The notes under the pieces are model-generated. The model was not told the origin of the DNA and ran no database searches. It was given only the letters and a program-made list of their open reading frames with translations. Of a DNA stretch of 64,000 nt, positions 1 to 11,872 are shown one piece after another. The position numbers and the translations under genes were made by a program. Where the stretch lies: positions 802,922-866,921 of the forward strand of contig CM082579.2 of the NCBI GenBank assembly GCA_040954595.2, given 5' to 3'. Origin of the DNA: Balanoglossus misakiensis. Taxonomy: Eukaryota > Animalia > Hemichordata. How positions within the stretch are numbered: the stretch's first letter is position 1; every line of letters starts with the position of its first letter.

Positions 1-771
1 ATGATATATACAGGTGGAGAGGAAAAGAGATCATCCGTACTTTACAAGCTGGCGACATACAATAGGTGCCATGAAAAGTGAACAAAAAATAGATGAATTA
101 CATGAAAATGAAATTATTTTCATGAAACCTAAATGCTGACATTTTCAGTTTTTTTTGAACATCCGTTAGAATGAGATGATTACTTAAAAGAATGTGGTAA
201 TAATGTCATACTCGAAATTCATCCCCTGTCTCTGCTCTACTCCACACCATGGCCACCTCACCGTCACACCACTCCCATGGTGGAGGGACAATGTGCCATG
301 TCTGTGTGTCGCGTTGGATTACTAGCAGCAAATACTGAAAGGTCGAGTAAACAAATCCCTTGTTAATGAATAACTTGGAGCAGTCATTGTCCCGAGTAAA
401 AAGTCAGACGAGTGATGAAGTCTGATCAGATCGAGGTCAGATTATAGATCGGGTCAAGCTAACCGTTTCTTTTAGGTCAGGTGTCCTCGATGCAAAAACC
501 AGTCTGGTTTCATGGCTAGTATCATTGTGAAGTGACAAGGGTGGATTGTTCTGTTTTTCGTACCTTTGTAAAAATTATGATATCATAGTTTATGCCGATT
601 ATGATATGCGGAAAAACACAAGGAGCTTTTACAAACTGAAATCACAAACCCATTGTAATCACGGTAGGCATATATTTCTTCTGGTGTACCCTTCATTTGA
701 GTTGTAGATAAATATTATAGTGATCAAAATCATAACACGTTCTTATTTTACTCCAGGCAATTCTGGTTACC

Positions 772-2553
772 ATGGCAAGCAGAAGACTGATCATCCGGGC
801 ATTTCGACTGCTACTGATCCTTTTAGCAGTGGTCGCCGTAACTCTTCTTTTTCGGCATGTCAGCAGAACACGGGAGCCCCAGTATGAAGAATCAGAAAAA
901 CACATAGACTTCGTGGGTGGGGCTATGTCCCGTCCCAGGCGGCCCTTTGACGACAAGATGAAAGAAACGCAGTTGATTCCAGTGAAAAATTCTGTTGTGC
1001 CAAAAATAGTTCACTTTATTTGGCTGGAAGAAAAACCTTTCCGGTTTCATCACTTGCTGGCGCTAAAATCAGCGTTTCGTCACATCCGGCCAGAAGCGAT
1101 ATGGTTCCACACGAACATTCAAGACATGGAAAAACATGGGGACGCAGAATCGGAAAAATATTGGAAAGAAACAAAAATTATTCCAAATTTTAAAGTTGTA
1201 CCGTGGGACGGACCCAAGTATAACAGCCAACAGGACTATAAAAATAAGAACTATCTTCGATTAGCGGTCATGATGGAAATGTTGCGCGATCACGGCGGGA
1301 TATATCTTGACCTTGACGTCATTGTATTAAAATCTTTCGAACCTTTACTTCATTATGAGTTTGTAATTGGGAGGGAAGATTTCGGTTTGAGTACGGGTGT
1401 TGTTATAGCCAGACCCCGAGCACCATTCTTAGAGAAATGGTTTCTATGGTCTCACAACAGCAAATCGGAGCATTTTGATCCAGAAGACGCGCTGTTCGAC
1501 GTTGCCATGGAGTATCCTGAACTGGTTCACATCGAAGAGTTTGGATTCCGACGTCAAGATACTTGGAAGGGTCCGGAGGATTGGGGCAACTTGTTCCATG
1601 GCGGGATTGATCATAGTGATAACTACGCAGTCAAACTATACTACGGGCTCATGGAGAAAGAATATAACCCGGAACAGATCAAATCACTGAAGTCCTCGTT
1701 CGGTGCCATGGCAAGATTGTCCTATTACGCCAGTCCCGCACTCTCGGCAACCAACTGGCATCCTCCCAAAGGCGCCAAAAACGTTGTTCCCAACATAATT
1801 CACTACGTCTGGTTCACTCCCCACGAATTCAAATTCCATCACTTTCTTGGCGCCAAGAGTGTCGTCCACATCCAGAAAGCTGACCGCATTCTCTTCCACA
1901 CAGACTCCGAACCAATAGGTTTCTGGTGGGATGAGTTCAAGAGAATCGCTGGTCCTCTCTTGGAAATCGTCCATTGCGATCAACCGACGGAAGTTTTCGG
2001 TCATGGCGTCGGCAACATCCCTCACAAATCGGACATATCTCGGATGCAGATTCTATTGAAGTATGGGGGAATTTACCTCGATTCAGATACACTCATCACC
2101 AAGAAACTGGACCCCATATTAAAATATCCATATTCTATGGGGATGGAAATTGTCGGTTTGAATAATGGAATCATCATGTCTGCTCCAAATTCAACCTTTC
2201 TCAACATTTATTACAACTCGTATAAGTTTTTCGACGACGCGCAATGGAACTGGAATTCAGTGATGGAGCCATATCGATTAGCGGCCGAAAATCCGGACCA
2301 CATTCACATCGAAACCACGGGATTGTCGCGTCCTCATTGGACGGATTGGTGGGACATGCGGCGAATCTGGCGACACGAGGGCAAACTCGATTGGTCACAT
2401 GTCTACGCCATTCACTGGATATACAGTTACCATGGCGATGAACACAACCCTGAACAAATTCGCTGTTTCGATGATAATTTTGGAGAAATTGCTCGTCTGG
2501 TGTACTACGGGTCTCCGGAACTTATGTGTGACCGTCTTTTATCGTTTGATTAG
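772..2553 (+). CDS. Double-domain GT32-like (alpha-1,4-glycosyltransferase/Gly_transf_sug family) type II membrane glycosyltransferase, copy 1, 593 aa, single coding exon
   Basis: N-terminal basic stretch plus TM anchor (RRLIIRAFRLLLILLAVVAVTLLF). Two repeats start VVPKIVHFIW and VVPNIIHYVW, each with GGIYLDxD. A splice acceptor (ttttactccag, ~756) lies just before the ATG. AATAAA at 2840. Confidence 0.88.
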   Translation: MASRRLIIRAFRLLLILLAVVAVTLLFRHVSRTREPQYEESEKHIDFVGGAMSRPRRPFDDKMKETQLIPVKNSVVPKIVHFIWLEEKPFRFHHLLALKSAFRHIRPEAIWFHTNIQDMEKHGDAESEKYWKETKIIPNFKVVPWDGPKYNSQQDYKNKNYLRLAVMMEMLRDHGGIYLDLDVIVLKSFEPLLHYEFVIGREDFGLSTGVVIARPRAPFLEKWFLWSHNSKSEHFDPEDALFDVAMEYPELVHIEEFGFRRQDTWKGPEDWGNLFHGGIDHSDNYAVKLYYGLMEKEYNPEQIKSLKSSFGAMARLSYYASPALSATNWHPPKGAKNVVPNIIHYVWFTPHEFKFHHFLGAKSVVHIQKADRILFHTDSEPIGFWWDEFKRIAGPLLEIVHCDQPTEVFGHGVGNIPHKSDISRMQILLKYGGIYLDSDTLITKKLDPILKYPYSMGMEIVGLNNGIIMSAPNSTFLNIYYNSYKFFDDAQWNWNSVMEPYRLAAENPDHIHIETTGLSRPHWTDWWDMRRIWRHEGKLDWSHVYAIHWIYSYHGDEHNPEQIRCFDDNFGEIARLVYYGSPELMCDRLLSFD

Positions 2554-4579
2554 TAAAAATGAACCTGTAACCTTAGCAACCTGTCAGAAACAAAGCTACT
2601 CATCAAAGAATCGCCAATTCGCCAATGCAGTACACGAAATGTGGAACATTTAATTTTTTAAATAGTTTGGATATTTTGGAATATGAAAAAGTGATCATTG
2701 ACTGTTATCTTGGCTCAGTTTTAGCTAGCACGTATGTTATACATGAAATGTAAGATTTTGTACATGTAATGACAATCAATACCAGACTTTGATTGTGTCA
2801 TATCGATCTGATAAAAATATCTTCAGATTTCATTGATTAAATAAACACCCCGATTTTAATAATCTGTTATATTGTCTGTCTTGTGAAACACTGGTTACGT
2901 GGTAATTTGATTATGACACAAATTTGCGGACAATGAAGGTTGGCAAGTGTCCATGCTTCGAATGCGTGGCTTTCATGAATGGGAGGAACTATAGTTTCCA
3001 CTGGCATGGTTGAACCATATTCTCGTACTTTAGAATGGCGTGACGTGGAGTTCATTCTTCGGTGAAAGGTCAACGGGGAATCAGACAGCGACTACAATCT
3101 ACAGATTCGGGTTGGTCAGTTTCTTCGGCCTTCAAGTTGGGGTGAGGGAGGGAGGGAGGTTGGTAGGGGAGTCACCAGGGTTCTTGCATTCATGGAAGGT
3201 CGGCCAGTTTTGCTTTTCCCTCCACGGGGCCATACAAACACTCTTGGGTTAAAAAAATATTTGCCCACCCCAGCCAATGTAAAACCACACAAAATATCAT
3301 TGCATCGGCAAAGTGTCCCCCAAAATTGTATTTTTAAATCTGTTCGTCTTAAAAGCCAAAAGTAAAATTCCTACATGTAAACCACGTTAATGATTTCTTA
3401 TGAATCGCTCCCTAAACCTACATTACTACAAGTGGCCAGGGGGTCATTCATCTGAATGTAGCACACGTAGTTCCTGTCATTCTGCAGGCACCAGATAAAC
3501 AAGTCTTCTGTATCTTTGATTTATGGAAATTGCGCTGAAGACAATGGGTAATTCGTATTCCTCAAAGTCGCTTTACACGAATAGAAAATGACCTTGTTAG
3601 TATGCATGAAAGACTCGTCACAAACATCCATGCTCCTGTTTGTCAAACCTTGCTTGAATCAATTTGACAAACATCATAGTCTAGATTATAAGCATGATAA
3701 AAACTTTAAATTTAATTTTCAAGCTACTTAGTCTTTCAAATGGTCAACATGAAAACCGATGGTCACAAGATGGTATTTCTCAAGGCGTTTATAAATCTGC
3801 CTGCTATATCCGTAATTGATTGACAGGAAGAATGGGCTGGAAGAAGTGAGAGTTACTCCTAAGTCCTACAGTCAATGCTTTGGCGTGGAATCCAATAGTA
3901 AGATCTGGTTGTTATGGTAAAATCGGTATGCAATAGATAGGGAACAAACAGATTTAGTTCTCTGACTTAAAGGTAAATCGCCAGTGTCCTACAAAGGTTA
4001 CAGCTAGCTGTCCTGTCCTGGGATAGCTGTAAACAACGTCAAGTCATTTGCATACAATCGGAAAAATTATCGGGTGAACAGCACTGAGAAGATGACGTCT
4101 GAGCGAATGGTCGGCGTAAACTCGACCTGCAGAGAGCGTGGGTCATAATCGAGTCAACACATTGCGCCCCCGGCACGGTCAACAAGCGTGCTTCGTTTGC
4201 ATACAAAGCTTTTGGCCTTCAATGGGCGAAGAAGTTTTTGTGACTCGCAATCGAGTCTGACAGTACTAGCCCGTATTGCAATACGCACCACGTGGTTCGG
4301 TTATTGCCGAAGTAGCAGTATCCGCTAAGTTACAGTCGCTCTCATTGCAAGGCATAAAGAGATGTTCTACTCTGGTACAAGACAATACCCGACGAATAGG
4401 TAGTAGATTCGCTGGTACCCGATAATCTAATTATCCATATTAAGGTGAGTTGTGTCGCATGCGCACTGCGGTGCTGATTTCCGTTTCTCCGAAACCATGG
4501 TAACTCGTGACAGCCCTCTGTTACTTGCTAACCAGAAACTACTTCCGGTGTACACCAGGGGCGTATGTTGAGACAAGGC

Positions 4580-4685
4580 TGATATGATATGATATGATAT
4601 GATATGATAAGATATGATATGATATGATATGATATGATATGATATGATATGATATGATATGATATGATATGATATGATATGATAT
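4580..4685. repeat. (GATAT)n pentanucleotide microsatellite
   Basis: About 21 units seen directly. Confidence 0.95.
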
Positions 4686-5883
4686 ATGATTATGATATAT
4701 GATTTTATACGATACACGATATTATATTGCATTACATGACAAGCTTGTACAACTGCAAACGAGTTAAGCTAATGTTTATCTCGCTGGAAGTAGACTTCTT
4801 TCCAATAAAAGTGATAAGTTGAGTTCAGAAGGAGAACTCGGGTTCTACATGGGATCTAGCCTATTCAGGGTCAGACCTCCGTAATCACGCGACAGTTTCT
4901 GATATAAGTAACTCATTGTTTGGGGTTACAGGCCGAGTTAATGATCAACTAAATGATCAGGCAGGTACATTGACACACTGGAATAGATGTATAGTACGCC
5001 ATGTTGTCCACTGCCATTGCTGTAAGGGTAGTCTTACTCAAGACAAGTTTAGATGTAGACGGGAATATTGTTGTGAACTTCTGAGCAGCGAATGCAAAGG
5101 TAGGAGTGAAATCTGTTGCGTACGCTGATTGCTTAATCCGCAGAATGACTCTTTACTACAAGGACTCGTGGGGAAGCGAACGAAGTGTCAACGTGCATGG
5201 AGCTAGCAGGGGAAGGCCCTTCCCCGTCCAGCTCCATGAATGAGTAAAGAGATTTGGCCAACCAGTAACATGTGTCGGGCTGATACCGTTTGTTTGAAAT
5301 ATAGGCCTACATGGGTACAGATGTGATTGAGTCAACATTTGTGTTCTGTACGCGAAGGGATCAGTACAGCAAGTGCAGTAGCTCTGCGTGGCAGTGCTAT
5401 GTGCGTGGAGGCATCGCCGCAAGACACACAGCACTGCCACGCAGAGCTACAAGTGCAGCCAACTCTAGTTCTAATTTGGGAGCTGCATAAACGAGTGAAG
5501 GTCGAAGGTCATCCACGGACAGACATCCAAGTTGTTAACCTGTAAACCCGATTTTGTGGTTAAATATGTCACAACCGATTCGCACTGGGTAGCAGTATTT
5601 TGTGGCGTCAAAGGAAATATAGCACCGTGGTGTCGAATACTACAGAAATTGGCCGGGCAATCCCTTGGAAGCAGTGTATATTCAAACGCATGATACATGC
5701 CTCTTGCTGTATACTTCGGCGTTATCTCAAAAAGGTGGTTGTAATATACCACCAAGGTTTGCTCACATGTCGAATGATACCATGGACACTTGAGGTTTTC
5801 CTATAAAACGCCCTAACAACGACCATATTATAAAATGGGTACAACTTCTTAATGATGGATTCTCTTTTTGCTGCAGGGAACAA

Positions 5884-8091
5884 ATGAAGATGGCTGAATC
5901 AAGGAATTCTGGACTTTGGAAAGTTTTGCTTCTGATAGCGTTGCTGGCGCTAGGACTATTTTTGCTGGCAGACAGGATTTCAAAAGAAATCAAAGTGGAC
6001 AAGGGAGACAGTGGACTTAATAAAGACAATACACGACATCTGCAGAGTGCAGATGAGCAGAGACACGTTAGTAAACTTGAAGCCGGTGTCCTCAAACCGT
6101 ACGAAGACCCGGTCGTACCAAATATCGTTCATTTTATCTGGTTGGGACAAAAACAGTTCAAATTCCACCATTTAGTCAGTATAGCCAGTGCAAAGAGGTT
6201 TTTAAAACCTGAGAAGATAATGTTCCACACGGATGTGGATGTTATGATCGATTCCGATAATATGGATCTCAGAGAAGGCGCCGAGAGCGGCAGGTTGTGG
6301 AAACAAGCCAGGGAAATTGCCGGATTCACTCCTGTCAAGTTCAACCCGACGGAACAAATCAACAACATGACCTTGGACCCCAAAACACGTCACTTCCACT
6401 CCCGTATTCAAATTCTGAAGAAACATGGCGGAATCTACCTGGACGATGACGTCATTGTAGTCAATTCCTTCAAACCTTTGATGGTGTACGAGTTCGTCAT
6501 TGGCCGAGAGAGAAGCGGTCTAAATACCGGTGTCATGTTGAGCAAAGGAGATGTTACTTTTCTAGATCACTGGTTGAAACAATTTGAAAAATACGGTAGT
6601 GATTCATTTTCACCTGAAGCAAGTCTGTACCGAGCCGTGTCTCTTTATCCTGAAACGGTTCACGTTGAACGTGAAAAGTTTCGGCGCTTGGATTCATTTC
6701 AGTCCGACAGCTATGCAGACAACATCTTCTTCGGACGAGTTGACCACTATAACAACTACGCCATCAAACTGTACTACGATCTTTACTGTCTTGAAGAAAC
6801 CGAAATCAAAGTGAAGTATCTCAATAGTACGTATGGAGATCTGGCGCGGATGGCGTACTTCGGGACACCAGCTTTTCGCCCAGACTGGCCGCCAAACGTC
6901 ATTCGAGAAATTCGTGTTCCAAACATTGTTCACTACGTTTGGTTTACTCCGCACGATTTCCACTTCCACCATTTCCTCAGCATAAAGAGCGCCCTCCATA
7001 TACAGAAAGCCGAGAAAATCATGTTCCACACCGACGCTCCACCAAAGGGCATATGGTGGGAGAGGGCCAAAAAGTTGGCAGGTACAAAACTGAATGTAAC
7101 ACACCGCGAACAACCGAAGGAGGCTTTTGGCCGAGACTTGCCGAAAGTACACTACAGATCCGATGTTGCCCGACTGCAAATCTTGTTACAATATGGCGGC
7201 GGAATTTTCATAGAGGAGGACACTCTGATCGTCAAAAGTCTCGATGTTATCAGACACTATCCCTTTACGATGGGTTTGGATGTCTACGGTTTAAACAACG
7301 GAGTCATGCTTGCAGAACGTGATGCAGAGTTTCTCCGTTTTTACCACGATTCGTATCACTTCTTCAACGACGCGGAAGATCATTTAAACTCGGCCATGGA
7401 ACCGTACCGCCTTGGGGCAGACCATCCCGACAGCCTGAACGTGGAAGAGATCCGTTTGACGAGACCGGACTGGACAGATTGGTTCGACATGGCCAGGTTG
7501 TGGAGGGAAGGGGGAAAGAGAGATTGGGCGCATATGCTGTGTGTCCAGTTGAAATGGATCTATCACGATAAGGTTTATCAACCGGAGGACATCCTGCAGA
7601 TGGACACCACCTTTGGTGAAATAGCGCGGTTCGTGTATTTCGGATCGCCTGACACCATCAAGGAAAACATCAACATCGACGAGTTTCACAGAGGATTCGA
7701 AAGAGAAGATGGCGATCAACACGTGCTCAGAGTTCAAGAAATGAAGAATTCTCCTCTGGAGGAGATGGCACAGAGGAAAGACGACTACTACATCCGCAAA
7801 GTTGCTCATCCGCTGGAGAAGAAGGAACCGCAGAAAGAAGAAAAAGTGGAGGAGATTGTCTTGCAGGATGACGACGATTCAGCCGAAGAAAATGACAAAG
7901 AGGAAGAAAAACTGGCCAAAGATACAGGAGGAGGAGACGAAGGCGAGAAAGCGGAGCACAAACACAGGCTAAAATTAGAGGGATTCAAAAATTCCCCATT
8001 GAAAGAAAAAGGACGGGAGGAGATGGAAAAAGATGGCGAAGTAAAGCAATCAGACCTTAGAAAGGCATCACATGACAAGCGAGGTCATTGA
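5884..8091 (+). CDS. Double-domain GT32-like glycosyltransferase, copy 2, 735 aa, with degenerate second DxD and a charged C-terminal tail
   Basis: TM anchor VLLLIALLALGLFLLA. Domain 1 has VPNIVHFIW...GGIYLDDD and domain 2 has VPNIVHYVW...GGGIFIEED. Collinear with copy 1. Acceptor tttttgctgcag at ~5876 precedes the ATG. Confidence 0.88.
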   Translation: MKMAESRNSGLWKVLLLIALLALGLFLLADRISKEIKVDKGDSGLNKDNTRHLQSADEQRHVSKLEAGVLKPYEDPVVPNIVHFIWLGQKQFKFHHLVSIASAKRFLKPEKIMFHTDVDVMIDSDNMDLREGAESGRLWKQAREIAGFTPVKFNPTEQINNMTLDPKTRHFHSRIQILKKHGGIYLDDDVIVVNSFKPLMVYEFVIGRERSGLNTGVMLSKGDVTFLDHWLKQFEKYGSDSFSPEASLYRAVSLYPETVHVEREKFRRLDSFQSDSYADNIFFGRVDHYNNYAIKLYYDLYCLEETEIKVKYLNSTYGDLARMAYFGTPAFRPDWPPNVIREIRVPNIVHYVWFTPHDFHFHHFLSIKSALHIQKAEKIMFHTDAPPKGIWWERAKKLAGTKLNVTHREQPKEAFGRDLPKVHYRSDVARLQILLQYGGGIFIEEDTLIVKSLDVIRHYPFTMGLDVYGLNNGVMLAERDAEFLRFYHDSYHFFNDAEDHLNSAMEPYRLGADHPDSLNVEEIRLTRPDWTDWFDMARLWREGGKRDWAHMLCVQLKWIYHDKVYQPEDILQMDTTFGEIARFVYFGSPDTIKENINIDEFHRGFEREDGDQHVLRVQEMKNSPLEEMAQRKDDYYIRKVAHPLEKKEPQKEEKVEEIVLQDDDDSAEENDKEEEKLAKDTGGGDEGEKAEHKHRLKLEGFKNSPLKEKGREEMEKDGEVKQSDLRKASHDKRGH

Positions 8092-10102
8092 ATTAAAAAA
8101 AATACATAGCGATGGCAGTTAATTAACTCTAAAATCTGTCGTTTTTATGGTTTATTTAGTTTTTATTGTGAAACGAAAAGTATGTCTAATTTCAAGTGAA
8201 TTTCTGGGTTTATCTTCGTTTTAGAAATTCAAAGAGAACTACACTGATGAAGTGATAACAATTTCTTGTTAAACTAAACACATATCAGGAATTTATATGA
8301 ACCGTAATGCATTTACTTTTGTAAAGCGTCATTTTAGGAAAAGGAGAAAAATAGTTGGCATCTTGTATATGTTTTCCGAAAAACTCTAGGGTATACTTCT
8401 TTATTAGACGTGAACATTGTTCGAAGTCAAAAGGGCGGAGAAAAATTAGGCGACAATTTTTGACAAAACGTGAGCATTTAAATTAAGTACTGTCATTCTA
8501 ATGGTAGATCCTATCTGTCGTTGGATATTATTAAAAACGAAACGAAAACAGGACTAGTTTACTTTAATCAGTTCCTTCAAGCTGTATGGACTTGAAATGG
8601 TGGCTGTCGTCACGTAGGTAAAGATCTCCGCTTCATTATCTGACTTTTCTGACAGAAAATGTATTCATTAAAACAGACCCTGGAGGGAATGTAACTAAAA
8701 ACATAATAATTTCAATGGAGAACAACATATCGACAAACTTAAGTGTGAACTAACAGTTTCACATCCAAGAACCATGGATTTAGAAAGGTGCTTTTAAATA
8801 CACGAAATTTTGCGCAGTTTTACTATAGAATGCAATGATCAAATAAAAATTGGTGAAGAGTCAATACTGGTATTATGTGTTATGCTGACGTATGCGTCTG
8901 GCGAACTTCGACCATAGGCGGTATACAAGTTGGTGTTTGCCTGAACCGGTGTTTCTGCAACTGCAGCCTGAACAAGGTGACCTCGTATGTCTTCACATTA
9001 ATCTCTGAATGACACAGATAACAGAGTGTCCTTGCAAGGGATTTTCAGCTATGATTAGATTAGGTGAAACGTGGTTATCGTGGGGGAAACTGAAGACTAT
9101 GTTTGTCACATAATGGTCATGTGAACATGACCTTGATGCGTACATGCATCTGGATTATCATTTATGACCTTTCACCTCGTCATTGTTAAAAAGGTGTGAC
9201 CACAGAAACGGGTTTCCCAGATCTCATATTGTATCCCCACAAGGATGAGACGCCCTCTAAAAGGCATGCCAAATTTGGCAAAATGTTACCAGTACTTCTA
9301 TGGACCCACATGCAGCTATCACTAAACGGGCCTCTGAAGCCAGATCTCCAAAAACAGACAATGAGTGCGCTATACAACTCATTACAACGGAGGATTTCAG
9401 TTGAATCAGAAAAGTTGAACTATCGATCTATGATCACAATCTTATACAGGGGTCAAAGATTACTCTGCTATTAAGACGACCCAGGACTTGTGACCTGGTT
9501 CATGCCAACGCTGCAAATCCATGACGACTTGTTATTACTTCGAACTCGAGTTGGGAAAAAGCGGCAGTACTGAAAACACCGTAGTGTTTTAAAATATTCG
9601 AACAAAGAATGACAGCAGGACTGAAGCTGACATAAGGTGGTTCTCAGTATCTATGCTGGACACTGCATGTGGTGCCACGTATTACATCGGCCGGAGTTGG
9701 CATTTCGCCAACTTTAGAATCTAACTTGACAAGTCAATTTAGCCTGGTGAGTAGTCAGTATGACTTTTAAGTTTCCCCCATTCTACAGACAACGATACAA
9801 ACAAGTGTCATGATCTTCTGTCAAGATATTGTCCGGTTACTTTATCATATTCATCTGTGACCTGATTTCCTTTTCTTCGTGCAACACGTTCGACACCCCT
9901 GGTCGACATCAAAAATGTTTCATGTAGTATACAGCGCCATCATGGTCCGTAACGACCGAAACTGGAAAACAAACTTAAAGTCATTCTGACCAAAACATAA
10001 ACGAACTGTTCCATTCAGCCATGTCAAGTCTGTTTAAATAGCTTAATTTTGACAAATCACCACTCCATTGTTTTACAGAAATCGTAGGCTGTACGGTGTA
10101 AA

Positions 10103-11872
10103 ATGGGATTGTTATCTGGACGCAAGAGAAGAACAGTGACGATTGTGGTGATTCTACTTTTTGTGGTTGTCCCCCTTTGGTTCTTGATCAACTATGAAAT
10201 CATAAACATTATTCAGAAAAGCGAAACGCTAGAAATCCTACAGAGGATGAGAGATCACGTAACCAAGCAACGAGAGCGTTCTGAAAGGACTATACGGGAA
10301 ATGGCAAAGCCACAAAATGAAAGTGTTGTTCCAAATATCGTTCATTACGTCTGGTTTGGTGAAAAGAATTTTAAGTTACAACATCTTCTGAGCATGTTGA
10401 GCGTTCGAAGGTTTTTAAAGCCTAACAAAATACTTCTCCATACGGACTCCGATAGGATTTCTGAACGCAGTGGACCCAACTCAAAGCATTATTGGTTCGA
10501 GGCGTTGGAAATTGCAGAAGTTGACCTCGTTATAACACCGGCACCAACTGAAGTACATGGCAAAATGATCACATCTCCTCGTGATCAGTCAGTTTTGGCG
10601 AGAATTCAAGCTCTCGCAAAGCATGGTGGGATATATCTAGACAATGATGTGATAGTATTGAAATCCTTCGATACCCTTCGTCATTACGAGTTCGCCGTTG
10701 CTCGAGAAACTTTCGGTTTCAATCCGGGTATTATGTTGGCCAATCAAAATTCGACTTTCCTGAAAAAATGGCTTGAATGTTTCAAAGATTATGACAACAT
10801 CAATAGTACTCATAAAATGCTCGAAAATTTGATTCGAGATAATTCGAAAAGTGTGTACATTGAAAATAAACGTTTCCGGCGTTTGGATCATGTGGAACTT
10901 GAAGAAAAATCGGAAAACATCTTTTTTGGAATCATCGATCATTCAGAGAACTACGCAGTACAGTTGTTCTATGATTTCTTTGATAAGGAATATACAGAAT
11001 ATGAAATCAAATACTTAAATACAACTTTTGGCCAGCTGGCAAGACAAGCGTATTTTGGAGATCCGACGCTACAAACCATGGATTGGCCTTCAAAACCAAA
11101 AGGAAACGAACCACTAGTTGTACCAAATATTGTCCATTATGTGTGGTTTACGTCAGAGGAGTTCAAATTCCATAACTTCCTCAGCGTAAAAAGTGCACTG
11201 ACAATTCAAAATGCCGAGAAAATATTTTTTCATTGCGACACCAAACCGAAAGGAAAGTGGTGGGATGTTGTCAGAGAGATGACCGGATCGACTTTGAAAG
11301 TGTTGCACCGAGATCAGCCGATGGAAATCTTCGAAAAAGTGATAACCGACGTTCGACACAGATGTGACGTCACCAAGCTGGACGTTCTTCTGGAGTACGG
11401 CGGAATATACCTCGATTCAGATGCCATCATTGTAAAGAATTTGAATCAACTTCGAAGACACGAATGCAGTATGGGATTGGATATCTTTGGTCTGGACAAT
11501 GGCGTCATGTTAGCAGCCCCAAACGCAAAATTCATCCAATATTATCGCGATTCGTATCAAGATTATGACGGAACCAAGCTTTACTACAACTCCAAGATGC
11601 TGCCTTATGACCTGGCGTCTTTCAACATTGATCTCATAAATATCGAACCCATCCGTCTAACTCGGCCAGATTGGACGGACTGGTGGGATATGGGTAGACT
11701 ATGGAAAGACGGTTACGAAACAGACTGGTCTCACATGCTTGTTATTCAATTAGCATACAGTTACCATGACAAAGAACACAACCCAGAAGATATTAAAACT
11801 ATGAACAATACATTCGGTGAAATTGCCCGCTATATTTACTATGGTCGTAAAGATTTCATCGATGATTTATAA
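10103..11872 (+). CDS. Double-domain GT32-like glycosyltransferase, copy 3, 589 aa
   Basis: RKRR followed by a TM anchor. VPNIVHYVW occurs twice, with GGIYLDND and GGIYLDSD. Collinear with copies 1 and 2. Acceptor ttttacag at ~10078. Confidence 0.88.
   Translation: MGLLSGRKRRTVTIVVILLFVVVPLWFLINYEIINIIQKSETLEILQRMRDHVTKQRERSERTIREMAKPQNESVVPNIVHYVWFGEKNFKLQHLLSMLSVRRFLKPNKILLHTDSDRISERSGPNSKHYWFEALEIAEVDLVITPAPTEVHGKMITSPRDQSVLARIQALAKHGGIYLDNDVIVLKSFDTLRHYEFAVARETFGFNPGIMLANQNSTFLKKWLECFKDYDNINSTHKMLENLIRDNSKSVYIENKRFRRLDHVELEEKSENIFFGIIDHSENYAVQLFYDFFDKEYTEYEIKYLNTTFGQLARQAYFGDPTLQTMDWPSKPKGNEPLVVPNIVHYVWFTSEEFKFHNFLSVKSALTIQNAEKIFFHCDTKPKGKWWDVVREMTGSTLKVLHRDQPMEIFEKVITDVRHRCDVTKLDVLLEYGGIYLDSDAIIVKNLNQLRRHECSMGLDIFGLDNGVMLAAPNAKFIQYYRDSYQDYDGTKLYYNSKMLPYDLASFNIDLINIEPIRLTRPDWTDWWDMGRLWKDGYETDWSHMLVIQLAYSYHDKEHNPEDIKTMNNTFGEIARYIYYGRKDFIDDL

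Noticed and set aside
4427-4732. ORF with YHIIS repeats
   Set aside because: It is the translation of the (GATAT)n microsatellite.
4900-5810. Cluster of short ORFs between GT copies 1 and 2 as a decayed transposon
   Set aside because: No RT or transposase motifs, terminal repeats or target-site duplication could be identified.
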